Source of the DNA: Balanoglossus misakiensis | Lineage: Eukaryota > Animalia > Hemichordata | Length of the DNA: 64,000 bases | Direction of reading: 5' to 3' | NCBI GenBank assembly: GCA_040954595.2 | Contig: CM082577.2 | Coordinates: forward strand, 12,841,903-12,905,902 | In this document: in pieces, positions 13,130 to 23,995 of the stretch | How the letters are laid out: every line of letters begins with the position of its first letter | How positions within the stretch are numbered: the first letter of the stretch is position 1 | The notes under the pieces: model-generated | Told to the model about the DNA's origin: nothing | Databases searched by the model: none | The model's input: only the letters and a program-made list of their open reading frames with translations | Made by a program: the position numbers and the translations under genes

Positions 13130-13521
13130 TGTGATGCGGACCGTGCGAACCATTACACCTATTGCTTATCGACACATATAAAAGAAAGATTAGTCAGGCT
13201 TTGCCGTAGATGGCGCTGGGGCACCCAGTACTTGCATGCATAAAACTCCGGAATTGTGGGTAGGCTGGCTGAGACCGGACAAACGTGGCTGCCTCGTACA
13301 CAATCGATCAATAGACTCGGAGGAAAACAGATCTAAAGACATAACAAACATTGTTTGAGAGCCATCGTACAACACACCATCATCCGCTGCCTCCCTCCCA
13401 GCAGTTTTGTATTGAGTGGTGAGCATTAAATCGTTGCTGTTTATTTCACAATCCAGTGTCGTCCCAGGCTGTCTGATTTACCCTATATAGAAAATCCTGA
13501 GCGAACCGGCTAAACGTAACA
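13130..13521 (+). repeat. 3' LTR of element A
   Basis: Identical by eye to 6925-7316. Confidence 0.95.
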
Positions 13522-14286
13522 ATACATACATAGATACATACATACATACATACATACATACATACATACATACATACATACATACATACATACATACATA
13601 CATACATACATACGAGTTCGAAGTATTGCATCTCCATAAAACGTTTTAGTATTCTGGGAAAAGCAAAAACAAAGCAAACAACTTTGGTAGCACCATTAAC
13701 TTCATGAATACTCGCTGTTGCATAGAAATTGCGAACACAAAATGAAAAGTGCCCGTGAAACTAATTCCTTTTCTATTTTATTACCTTGTTACTATAGAAA
13801 CTCTAAAAGCTTTTTTTCACATTTGATAGAGCTATAGTTTCATGGCTATTAGGTTTCTCCCAATCGTTTAATTAGCCACTCTAGCAGTGTACTGTAACAT
13901 ATATACAGGCAACAATATGACAGCCGACTTATTTCAATGCGTGTGATTTTTTCTCCTACACCAGGTTGCTCAGACGGTCATTTTCCCCAAACATGCACTT
14001 TAAATACAAAAACATGTATTCAATGCATCGTTTGAAAGAATGACGTTAACGAATATCGTATTCATTCTCCGTCGTTGGCAGTAATTCAGTACCTATCGAT
14101 TATTGGCATTTGCCGTTGCCATGGAAGCAGGTGTCACCAATGACTGAGGTGTTAAAAGGGATTCTTGTAGCATTACATTAATATAAAAAGGAGAATTATA
14201 AGTATGGAATGCGACAAGTGGTGATTGCCTGACAGAGAAAGCTTTCTCTTGCCGATTTGGTTCTCATATGGAAGCACGAATCAAGC

Positions 14287-14904
14287 ATGTCTACAATGCA
14301 CATCTTCGCCAGGGCTTTCATTTTGCCTGCCCATCAACAAGATCTAACTTCCCCAGGAACTAGACGGGACAGGGCATATCCCGGAGCAAGGAGGAAATTC
14401 CGATCTGTCAGCCATTTCGAAAGATCGATTGATAAGCGTAAATCACTTATTATATGTGTGCTATTTGTCGGCGGGGCGCTGATAACCATTGGAATTACCG
14501 TCTTCATGGTGGGATACTCAATAAGCAATCGAACGTTACTTCCACTGACTGATATTAGCTCAGCTGGAGTTGTTGTGACTGCAAGCGGTGCTGTATTGAT
14601 CATTGTGCCGTGTGCTCTGATGGCATCAAGACGTTGCTGCACTACAAGCTCTGCAACCCCGCACTCGAAAATATTCCCGGTCATGGATACCCGAGGTACT
14701 AAAACGAAAAATGTTTCTGCTGCGGTGTCAAATACAAGCTTTAGGCCTAAAGCGGATTGTGTTAACCACGGTGGGGAGTACAGTAATCGTCCGTCGCAAG
14801 CATCGAACGCAAATGATCGAGCAAAGAGGAAAATCAGACAACCAGTCATAGAGGTACAATTCCTTTTGGAAGGCGCCTCAGCTCAGGGTTCAAACGGCAA
14901 CTGA
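14287..14904 (+). CDS. Uncharacterised two-transmembrane protein (~205 aa, single ORF)
   Basis: ATG at 14287. Two hydrophobic segments (LIICVLFVGGALITIGITVFMVGY; AGVVVTASGAVLIIVPCALMA) flanked by KRK and RRCC. Confidence 0.55.
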   Translation: MSTMHIFARAFILPAHQQDLTSPGTRRDRAYPGARRKFRSVSHFERSIDKRKSLIICVLFVGGALITIGITVFMVGYSISNRTLLPLTDISSAGVVVTASGAVLIIVPCALMASRRCCTTSSATPHSKIFPVMDTRGTKTKNVSAAVSNTSFRPKADCVNHGGEYSNRPSQASNANDRAKRKIRQPVIEVQFLLEGASAQGSNGN

Positions 14905-17183
14905 TAGGGATACTAAGACGCGGTCACTTTATCCATCGAGAAAAGAGAGGAATGATATCCACTTCACGTTGAGCTGGTCGCAAAGTTTGTGAACAGTGAA
15001 TGTTGTAAACAATATATATTGAACAGTGTCGAACGTTATTTTGAAAAGTAAGACATTCTGGATGTTTCTCAGCAAATAGTGTTTTAAGTAAATTAAGACC
15101 GTGATGTCGAGTAACGTTCCATGCAGGTACTTTGTCCCCTCATACAGATAATTGCTACTGGTCAAGGTCTCACTGAAATATCAATTTTTCTGTAGAGCCT
15201 GACTTATGAAGAACTAATAAATAACATCTTATTTTCATTGTTAACACAAGGCTTACGAGTGGACAGAACTTCAGTGGATGTTTCAAACATGTATCGTGAA
15301 AGTAAGAAACGCCTAAATATTTATGTTTAATTATTGCTTCAGCAATAGCTGTTACAAGCATTTTAAAACCATTACGACATTTATTTTGTATTTTGGTTCG
15401 TTTTAGAATTACAGACTGACTTAAACGGTTTCCCGTCAGATTGATGGTAAAACTGATTAATGTATATGTCTATGTCTTGGCAACATAAGTTCAGCTGCAA
15501 CAGGTCGTGCAGTGTTTTCAGTACATGAGAAACAGATTCATTTGACAGAATTGTAAATGTTGACCACGTGACCGTGAAAACGACCACAGCCAAGTATGTA
15601 CATGCAGCTGCGTTTCCCATCTCACCCCTTCCAAACATATAGTGTATTTTTTGTGTTGTCTATGAGTGCTATGCTATATTAATGATGCGATTTGTCAAGT
15701 ATAAAAGCGTGTATAGAATTTAAAAAAACACAATTTGTATAATCGTCAATTAAACTCACACATTTATAAAATAAATAGCTGCTATACGAAATCAATTAAA
15801 AATTTTCTTACAATTTTTTTTCCGTGGTACTCGTTGAACGTTTTATTCCGTTTTTGAAACATTTCTCCCTTATATGGTTCGTTCTGGGCCCACTGAATGT
15901 GTATAGCAATAGCCACGACAGACCAACGTCGAGTAAGTAAGGTTGATCATTTGCCTTAATTAAAAATGTTACAAATGGACTGTCACCTACATATTCTTAT
16001 AAATGGTGATTTGTTAAAACGTGGCTGACATCCCTTTGTAGCGCCCCCGATTAATCATACAACTCGTTTTATTTCAAGATTAAACGAAAGCAAATATCTG
16101 ACAGAATCTTTGATGTGCATAATAGCATGAGCAAATATCATAATATGCTGTTGCTATGTTACATAGCCTCGGCTTCAATATTTTCAAAACGGTCGACAAA
16201 CAATTGGAGTGATGTATGTCAACGTGTATATTATATACGTATGATCAACACTCTGCAGTATCAGAAATAAGAGGATTTTGAACGAAAAATGCAACGAAAG
16301 ACGATGACAAACACCTTTGCAATTTGTTCAACGACAGACAATTATCATCATACTGGCGAATAAGGTGTTTAATTGACCTTTGAGAAAATTGACCTGGACA
16401 GAATTAATGAGGAGAGGGCTGGCCATTTTCAACATGTCGAATCACGAAAAGGTGACAATCCTCAACTCCCTGCATGAAACATTATGACACCCTTGTAATA
16501 AAGTCAGTTCGATGATGATTGACAACCAGAGCAGTCAGTTAAACACCAGCGCTCCCTATCTACTTAAATTGCATAAAATCAAATCTACCAAACATTCACA
16601 TTCCCGAGCTCTGGATTAATTGACCCTTATAAAATCATATTTGACCTTTATACAGATCGTAACACTACCTAAACGGTATCTTCGACTTTGGGTCCCTGTT
16701 GTTGACACAACATCATCCAATATAGATACAAAAGTTTTTTTCCGCGCACTTCTAAGATATTGGCATATAAGCTCATGTGGGACATTAAAATAAAAAGACA
16801 AAACAGAATCCATCTAAAAGTTGTGTTCAACCGGACAGGCCTTTAATATGCAATAAGAATAGCTGACAGTAACTGAAGTAATTTATTCATAAATTCATTA
16901 CAAAATGTTTATTTCAAGAATATTTTGCAACGAAACACTACCTTCTACATAGTTATAAAACTAACATAAAATGTGTAAAATGTTTTTGCAGAACACGAGG
17001 CAACCACGTGATACAATACAGAAGAGAGAGTGGTTGATCCCCATTCATGAGTTAGTTAATGAGTTAGTTAATGTACTTATATACCTCTCCATTATGTATT
17101 GTACCGTGCATGTTTAAACATTCATGATCCGGGGCTAGTATAAGTTTCAGCGCGTTACTGTTCAACTACATCTCCAATCTAAA

Positions 17184-18202
17184 TGTAACGTTGGTATAAA
17201 GATGCACACAGACAATATAGCTGGAGTCATCAATACCGGTTCTTTTATTCCCTATTCCACATTCATAAGGCAAGGACAAAGAGGAAAACGAAAACCTGTG
17301 TACAGAAAGTACAGAAAACATCTGTATAAATAATACAGCCGCATGTCAACACTTTGTTACAATCAACTAGTAATCACATTTTCCGCTGAGAAACCCAAAT
17401 CACATGTAACTACAGGCAATACAACAACAAATTCAATATATATTGCTGCATCAGAGAGATGGCGTGCTGAGCAATGGGTAGACTGGATGACTACATCATT
17501 ACAGTTGCAGTATAACAATAAAAGAGATTTGTTGATGCTTTCCAATAATACACGAAACTCACCCTGACAGGATGCAACCTGTGTCTGTGGCTTTGTATAA
17601 TTCTCTGCACTGTCGCACTAAAACACCTGTTTAGATAGTAAACGGCAATGTAAGTGTCTCGCAAAACTACAGAGCCTTTCCGCCAGTACATGTAAACATA
17701 AAATCAAATTGATGTGGTTTCGCTAAAATGTATGCTGATGAAACTACCAAAAAATGCCTTTACCAATGGAATAGCTATGACTGGGGGTCATTTTATGAGA
17801 AGTATAAGACTCGGTTTTATGTCAACAATAACACGAAATATCAAAGTTTGCAAAAAATACTGCAGCGACAACGGTCGCAACTGAACAGTAAACACTTGTC
17901 TGTGCGTCGACCATCTGATGTGCACGTACGCTGGCATCAAACGATGTATACTAGAAACTTTCAAAAATTGTATGAAAAAGTATTCAAAAAAACTCCAAAT
18001 ATAACACGGGGACGCTTACCAAGCAGGGACTCATGCAGATCTACTACACGATGTGGCACAAGCGCTCGATTTTCTGATAAAATGACGAGCAACAATTTCA
18101 GTGGGCGCTCAAGAATCAGAGCATTCCCATTTTTGTGAAATGCGCATGCGCAAGCCAAATTGCGCCCTCAAACATATGAGTGGTCAAAATCGCAGCCTTA
18201 CA
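17184..18202 (-). repeat. 3' LTR of element B
   Basis: TGTAA...TTACA termini. PPT-like AGCAAGCAGGGAAGTG on the minus strand at 18203-18218. Confidence 0.95.
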
Positions 18203-18279
18203 CACTTCCCTGCTTGCTGGTTGATGTCCCAGCAACCATTTTCACAACAAGGTCATTTTCAAAATTTTAAAATACAATC

Positions 18280-21200
18280 TTAACAGTTCTGGGAATTTAA
18301 CAATTGTGTCATGAACAAATGAGACTGGACTAAGTTAGCTAGCATTTGTGGATCAAGTTTGGGTGGTGGGCTGGCACTAGCGTCACCAGAATTTGACTCG
18401 CTAATAGCCGACCGTGGTAAGTGATGCGGGTTAGGATGCAATCCAGCACTCGCCCTCGTTGATCGTCTCAACTGCGCGCACTCGCCATCTGTCAAAGGCT
18501 GTTGAGATTCCTCACCAGAATGTTCAGGCAAACCTGTCCTGCGGGTCTGTGGCAACTCTTCACGGGACATCACGGTATCATCCTGACATACTGTTCTAGG
18601 TTTGTCATCTTCTAACTCTGTGGAGATGTGGGTGGGTGCACTCTGCTCCTCTGGTTGACCAAGGATGTGACCCAAACTTTTGCTGTCTATACATAAGTCG
18701 TCGTCGGAATCACTATCACTGTCCTCTGTCTGTTCGTCCAGTGGCACTGTTTCCTGCTTACAGCTGTCATCCATTTCCATAATCATGTGTCTGGCATCTA
18801 GCAGCTCACGCCTATGCACAGTCCTCACTGACCTTTCCTTGTCGAAGGGTTGTATGACATAGGTGTGGCCTCCTGTTTCCAGCCTATTAATTACACGGTA
18901 TGGTTCGGAGTTCCACGCATCCTGTATCTTGTTCCTGCCTCTTATGGCTCTGTTCCTACAGAATACAGTTGTGCCCACAGGCAAATCAGTGTCCTCTGCC
19001 TTGGCATCATTTCTGTCACGTCTCCTTTTGGCTTCTCTCTCAGTATTTTGTGATGCTATCTCGAAAGCATCGTTCAGTCTCTTTTGGTGTTCCAAAACCC
19101 AATCATCCATCTGGCTGTCTGCGTCTGTACAAGCCTCCGTACCGAACAGGTGGTCAATTGGAAGGGTAGGTTCTCTCCCAAAAAAGAGGTAGTGTGGGGA
19201 ATACCCGGTGGATGAATGTGGCGTTATGTTATACGCGTAGACAATCTCCGGTAGGTATTCAGGCCACTTCCGTTTCTTCTCTGGAGGGAGGGTACGCAGC
19301 CTATCATGGAGGGTTCTGTTGTAACGTTCACATTGCCCATTTCCTTCTGGGTGATATGGGGTGGTGTGGCTCTTCCTCACGCCGTAAATCTGACACAACT
19401 CTTGTATTACCTTGCTTTCAAAATTGCGACCCTGGTCGCTATGGATCCGTTGCGGGACGCCAAATCTCACGAACCAGTCTCTAACAAGAGTACGGGCTAC
19501 GGTAACAGCTCTCTGATCCTTCGTTGGGATCGCCTGAGTGAACTTGGTGAATATGTCAGTGAGTACGAGAACATTCTCGGTGCCATTCGAGCTGGGTTCG
19601 AGTACGGTGAAGTCCATTGCGAGCACTTCCAGTGGTCTCGAAGCTGTTAGGGAGCCCATGGTGGGATGCAACCGCTTCCCTGCTTTGGCCAAAGTACACC
19701 GCTGGCAAGAACGACAATAGCTGGCAACGTCCGCTATCATACCTGGCCAGTAACACCTACTCCTGACCAAAGCAGTAGTTTTCTCTGCAGCCTGATGCCC
19801 AACTTCATCATGAACAGCGTTCAAAACCTTCTCCTTCAGAGTACTTGGCAGTATCAGCTGGGTGACCTCTCTCCCTGCATCATGCACGACTCGGTAAAGA
19901 ATGCCATCCTTCTCCCGTACCCTCTTCCAATTCCGCAGAAGCTTGCGAGCTTCCTTTGGTTCCTTCATCAGTTGACGATTGGTTGGGGGATGTTTGGAAT
20001 TCCAGTAGAACCACAATCTCCCAACAACATCGTCGGTGGACTGCATCAGTTTAAGGTCACTTTCCTGGATGGAGGGGAAGGTTGAACTCGCCCTCGGTTC
20101 TATCTTGCTTGACTTGGCCCTGACCTCATTGAGCAACACCTCGGCTGTCTTCTGTTCAGCTGCAGTACGGACAGTCTGGGGCACACAAGTGGACAATCTA
20201 GCGCTTGCAGTGTTCTTAGTAACCAAGTCCATGTTAGTTTCTTCCAGTCTAACACATCTTGCCTGATCAGTGTGTATTGTTTTACGACTCAATGCGTCAG
20301 CGTTCCCATTACTTCTGCCAGACCTGTACTTGACACTGAAGTTAAACTGCGCCAACTCGGCTGCCCATCTCGCCTCGGTCGCTCCTAGTTTGGCAGTGGT
20401 CAAGAGGTAACTCAACGGGTTATTGTCCGTGAAGACAGTAAATTCAGCACCAATAAGCAAGTCACGATATTTCTGGGTAATAGCCCAACGTAGCGCCAAC
20501 AGCTCAAGCTTCATGCTAGAGTAGTTCGACATATTTCGCTCATTAGGTTTCAAACTCCTGCTGGCGTAGCTGAGAACAACTACTCTATCCCCTTGCTTTT
20601 GGGATAATACAGCCCCTAGTCCATGATAGCTAGCGTCTGTCTCCAGGATAAAAGGCAACTTAAAGTCCGGATATCCTAATACAGGTGGCGAGACAAGAGC
20701 TTGCTTCAACGTGGAAAACGACGTCTCACATGACTCATCCCACAAATCAGTGATTGTCCTTTGGAGATTTAGCTTGTTCGCATGTGCTTTCTTTCGCCTT
20801 TTCTGACTTCCTGTGTCTTCTGGTTTCTTCAGTAAATTCTGCAGTGGAGCAGCTATTCTAGCATAACCTGGTATGAACCTTCTATAGTAGCTCGACAGGC
20901 CTAGAAAACCTCGCAACTCGCGTTCTGTCCGGGGTTTCGGCCAGTCTTGTACCGCCTTAACCTTCTCTGGCAGTGGAGCAGTACCATCGGCACTCACAAT
21001 ATGGCCTAGATAGTGGACTTTCTTGCGGAAGAGCTGGCACTTTTCCGGTTTCACTTTCAAATTCAGTCTGGTTAATCGTGACAGGACCATCTCAAGCCGT
21101 TCTAAAGTTTCCTTGAATGTCGAACCAAACACTAGTATATCATCTAGATATACGAGAAGGGTTTGAAAGTTTTGATCACCGAAAACCTTGTCCATCAGCT

Positions 21201-22707
21201 TCATAAATGTAGCTGGTGCTCCGGACAGTCCAAACGGCATCTTGACAAACTCGTAGTGGCCACCCGTGCCAGACAGAAAAGCTGTCTTCTCAATGTCTTT
21301 CTTGGCAACTGGTACCTGATGAAAGCCATGTGCCAGATCAAGACTACAAAAGTACTTCGCCCCGTTCAGCACATCCAGCGCTTCCTCTATTCTAGGTAGT
21401 GGGTATGCGTCTCTACGTGTCTTGGCATTCAGGGCCCGATAGTCTACACATAAGCGCAGCTTTCCACATTTCTTGCGTACCAAAACCACAGGGGAGGCAT
21501 ATGGACTGCTTGACTCTCTTATGATACCTGCATCCAATGATCTCTGGAGGTATTCCCTCACTTCGTCCCATTGGTGCGGTGGTACTCTCCGGTAGGGTAT
21601 CTTGACCGGAATGTCATCAGTAGTGGCTATTTCATGTTCAACCAGATCGCAGGATCCAATGTCATTTTCATGCCTGCTGAAAATTTGACAATACTTGCTC
21701 ACTACTTCATTTAAGTCATTCTGTTCTGCTTTGCTAAGCTCGCCAATATCCATCTTGGATACGATGTCCTTCACAATGGATGAAGTTGTCTCATCCTCAC
21801 AAGACAATCTCACTTGAACTGAGTTCTCATCAATCTGGTGAAATGTCACAGTCGGTTCCAAAGAAGCGGACCTAGCAACGCCGACCGGTGTACGGGGTTG
21901 CAAATAAACATCGGCATCGCTGAAATTGGCAATGCTCAGGGGAACTCTGCCGTCGCGACCAACAGACACGTATGACGCTCCAAGGGCCAGTCCATTTCGT
22001 AGCTCAGCCACATGGGTTCCATGTCTCTCTATTACGGCATAATGCACTTGTCCTTCAACAGCAGGCCGGACAGAGCCTTCGACAACGTTGATCGATCGAG
22101 CCGGGACTAAAATAGGCTTCCTACCAGCAACGCGAACAAGGTGCACATCAGGGGGTGTTGCAATTGTCTCTTGATTCACTGCCAGTGGCCTATACATTTC
22201 AACTGCATGTAAGAGTTTGATCTCACCATCGCTGGGTGATGATGACATCTTCTCGCGGTAGTCCTCACCGTATTTACAGACTAACCTCTGTCTAATATCT
22301 CGCAGTACATTAGATCCAATCACGCCCGGAACTCTCCTTTTTCGGGCTTCAACAGGGGTGTTGACGGGATCTCGCACCACTAGGAATCCAAGGCCATCAA
22401 ACTTAATGTTGAATACAGTCACAGAAAGCTCCACATACCCGCTGTAGGGGATTTCCAACCCTTGCGAAGCCGTGATTGTGATGCACGAAGACACATCTAC
22501 CAATTCCCCTTCCTGAGTCAAATGCTCCCTGAAGAATCGATCTGTTATAGTTGACACCTCTGCACCAGTATCAATCAAACACGTAGCCTCCACACCACCT
22601 AACTTCACCATGGCTGTTGGACAATCGCCAATTGCCTTGAGTATGATTGAGCCTCCATTAGTCACAGTCTCGCCTACCACATGGCTCGCGGTAGTAGGCT
22701 TGGCTAG
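18280..22707 (-). CDS. pol: Pol of element B (PR-RT-RNaseH-IN), expressed by -1 frameshift
   Basis: Uninterrupted 1466-aa ORF with IDTGA, YLDD, ETDAS, H..GH..C..C and SDQGRNFE. Confidence 0.96.
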   Translation of the reverse strand, partial: LAKPTTASHVVGETVTNGGSIILKAIGDCPTAMVKLGGVEATCLIDTGAEVSTITDRFFREHLTQEGELVDVSSCITITASQGLEIPYSGYVELSVTVFNIKFDGLGFLVVRDPVNTPVEARKRRVPGVIGSNVLRDIRQRLVCKYGEDYREKMSSSPSDGEIKLLHAVEMYRPLAVNQETIATPPDVHLVRVAGRKPILVPARSINVVEGSVRPAVEGQVHYAVIERHGTHVAELRNGLALGASYVSVGRDGRVPLSIANFSDADVYLQPRTPVGVARSASLEPTVTFHQIDENSVQVRLSCEDETTSSIVKDIVSKMDIGELSKAEQNDLNEVVSKYCQIFSRHENDIGSCDLVEHEIATTDDIPVKIPYRRVPPHQWDEVREYLQRSLDAGIIRESSSPYASPVVLVRKKCGKLRLCVDYRALNAKTRRDAYPLPRIEEALDVLNGAKYFCSLDLAHGFHQVPVAKKDIEKTAFLSGTGGHYEFVKMPFGLSGAPATFMKLMDKVFGDQNFQTLLVYLDDILVFGSTFKETLERLEMVLSRLTRLNLKVKPEKCQLFRKKVHYLGHIVSADGTAPLPEKVKAVQDWPKPRTERELRGFLGLSSYYRRFIPGYARIAAPLQNLLKKPEDTGSQKRRKKAHANKLNLQRTITDLWDESCETSFSTLKQALVSPPVLGYPDFKLPFILETDASYHGLGAVLSQKQGDRVVVLSYASRSLKPNERNMSNYSSMKLELLALRWAITQKYRDLLIGAEFTVFTDNNPLSYLLTTAKLGATEARWAAELAQFNFSVKYRSGRSNGNADALSRKTIHTDQARCVRLEETNMDLVTKNTASARLSTCVPQTVRTAAEQKTAEVLLNEVRAKSSKIEPRASSTFPSIQESDLKLMQSTDDVVGRLWFYWNSKHPPTNRQLMKEPKEARKLLRNWKRVREKDGILYRVVHDAGREVTQLILPSTLKEKVLNAVHDEVGHQAAEKTTALVRSRCYWPGMIADVASYCRSCQRCTLAKAGKRLHPTMGSLTASRPLEVLAMDFTVLEPSSNGTENVLVLTDIFTKFTQAIPTKDQRAVTVARTLVRDWFVRFGVPQRIHSDQGRNFESKVIQELCQIYGVRKSHTTPYHPEGNGQCERYNRTLHDRLRTLPPEKKRKWPEYLPEIVYAYNITPHSSTGYSPHYLFFGREPTLPIDHLFGTEACTDADSQMDDWVLEHQKRLNDAFEIASQNTEREAKRRRDRNDAKAEDTDLPVGTTVFCRNRAIRGRNKIQDAWNSEPYRVINRLETGGHTYVIQPFDKERSVRTVHRRELLDARHMIMEMDDSCKQETVPLDEQTEDSDSDSDDDLCIDSKSLGHILGQPEEQSAPTHISTELEDDKPRTVCQDDTVMSREELPQTRRTGLPEHSGEESQQPLTDGECAQLRRSTRASAGLHPNPHHLPRSAISESNSGDASASPPPKLDPQMLANLVQSHLFMTQLLNSQNC

Positions 22708-22713
22708 TTTAAC
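22649..22713 (-). promoter_or_regulatory. -1 frameshift signal: G TTA AAC plus predicted pseudoknot
   Basis: Heptamer at 22713-22707 just before the gag TAG, 7-nt spacer, stem GCCTACTAC/GTGGTAGGC, loop GAGCC complementary to GGCTC at 22653-22649. Pol is in the -1 frame. Confidence 0.8.
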
Positions 22714-23801
22714 TTCTGAGTCTTGCCTTCCTCAGTAGAAGCAGTAGTATTTCCGCTGCTCTGACTGGGTTTCTTAGGACAAACTCGGCTCATATGACCA
22801 ATAGCATCGCATCTCCAGCATCGTCTTTTACCATCTGCCGACACAGTAGGCTTTGATGTCTTTCTTTCGGTGTTTCTATTTTGTAACATTGCTGTTAACA
22901 GCTCCAACTGCTTTTGCTGGGCTGCAACTTGCTCACCTTGTTTGATTATCAAGGCGCGCAAATCTTCTTCTGCTGTTACTTCACAGAGAACGGCACCACG
23001 CTTTGTACGTGAACGCTTTTCGTTCCGTCCCATCAAGGCTATGACATGGTCTCTAGCGTCAAAGAAGGACAATTCAGGTTGGTCGGCATTCAAGCGTCTG
23101 AGTTCAGTCCGTATGTTGTCATCTAACACTGCCTCAGCCAGTCGATTCTTCAGTTGGCATTCCCTACCTGGTTCGAATGACGAATCCAACTGGATAATTC
23201 TATCATACAGATTCACCAGCTCTAGGGAACACGCTACTAAATCTTCACCATCCTTTTGGTGGTAAGCAAAAAAACGCTGTTGTAGTTGTGGCAGCGTATC
23301 ACCATCACCAAATACTTTCGTCAGTATGGAGAATATCTTGCCGGGATCTGAGCTTATGGTACTACCTCTACCCAATATTTCTCGTCGTGCTTTGCCAGAT
23401 AAGTTTTCAATCAAGAAAGCCGCTTGTTCATGACTGGTGAGACCTCTTGATGCAATTACGGCCTTTGCATCTTCGATCCAGTCCTCTATGGACAGTCCGG
23501 ATTCTCCTTTTCCGTCAAATCTATCAATCTTTCTGTTCGGTGACACATATACCATACGAGCAGGTGTATTTCTATTGGCATAGCCAGCAGATGACTCAAG
23601 TGTTGGAAAGGGTTGATCTCTCTCTGAAATCAGTCTCTTAACTTCCCTCTCCGCCTGTCTTGCATCAGCAACTGCTGTTGCAGCTTCGTTATCTTTACGA
23701 GCTACTTCTGTCTTTAAACTTGCTATGGTATCCCGTAGTCGCTTCACATCCTGTTCAGTGACCTCGACTTTCTTTACTGCAGGGCTGGCCATTGTGAACA
23801 T
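22704..23801 (-). CDS. gag: Gag of element B (365 aa)
   Basis: Capsid-like FDG...IEDWIED and CCHC knuckle CWRCDAIGHMSRVC. Confidence 0.93.
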   Translation of the reverse strand: MFTMASPAVKKVEVTEQDVKRLRDTIASLKTEVARKDNEAATAVADARQAEREVKRLISERDQPFPTLESSAGYANRNTPARMVYVSPNRKIDRFDGKGESGLSIEDWIEDAKAVIASRGLTSHEQAAFLIENLSGKARREILGRGSTISSDPGKIFSILTKVFGDGDTLPQLQQRFFAYHQKDGEDLVACSLELVNLYDRIIQLDSSFEPGRECQLKNRLAEAVLDDNIRTELRRLNADQPELSFFDARDHVIALMGRNEKRSRTKRGAVLCEVTAEEDLRALIIKQGEQVAAQQKQLELLTAMLQNRNTERKTSKPTVSADGKRRCWRCDAIGHMSRVCPKKPSQSSGNTTASTEEGKTQKLN

Positions 23802-23975
23802 ATGACACTTACTTTAAAACAGTTCTGTAAGTCTGCAACACAGCAACACTTCTTAACTGGCACTACACAGTTTGAAACAGTTCAGCAACACAGTAAAATA
23901 TCTTCCCATGCAACAGCACAGCACAGTCACATCTGAATACGGTCAGGGTCTTCAATGTGGAATGTCGATGAGGAA

Positions 23976-23993
23976 ATCCTGCCGACTACGCCA
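23976..23993 (-). promoter_or_regulatory. Primer-binding site complementary to the tRNA-Ser 3' end
   Basis: The plus strand reads ATCCTGCCGACTACGCCA, the tRNA-Ser 3' 18 nt including CCA, 2 nt from the LTR. Confidence 0.9.
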
Positions 23994-23995
23994 TG

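Larger units (their letters stand above)
6925..13521 (+). mobile_element. Ty3/Gypsy LTR retrotransposon A, full length with disrupted pol
   Basis: 392-bp TG...CA LTRs identical by eye, 4-bp TSD ATAC (6921-6924 and 13522-13525), PBS, PPT, and gag-PR-RT-RH-IN order. Confidence 0.97.

Noticed and set aside
17728-18138. 136-aa ORF repeated at 24540-24950
   Set aside because: It is antisense within the LTR, has no motif, and is repeated only because the LTRs are identical.
18680-23641. Plus-strand ORFs inside element B and minus-strand ORFs inside element A
   Set aside because: Antisense shadows of gag and pol.
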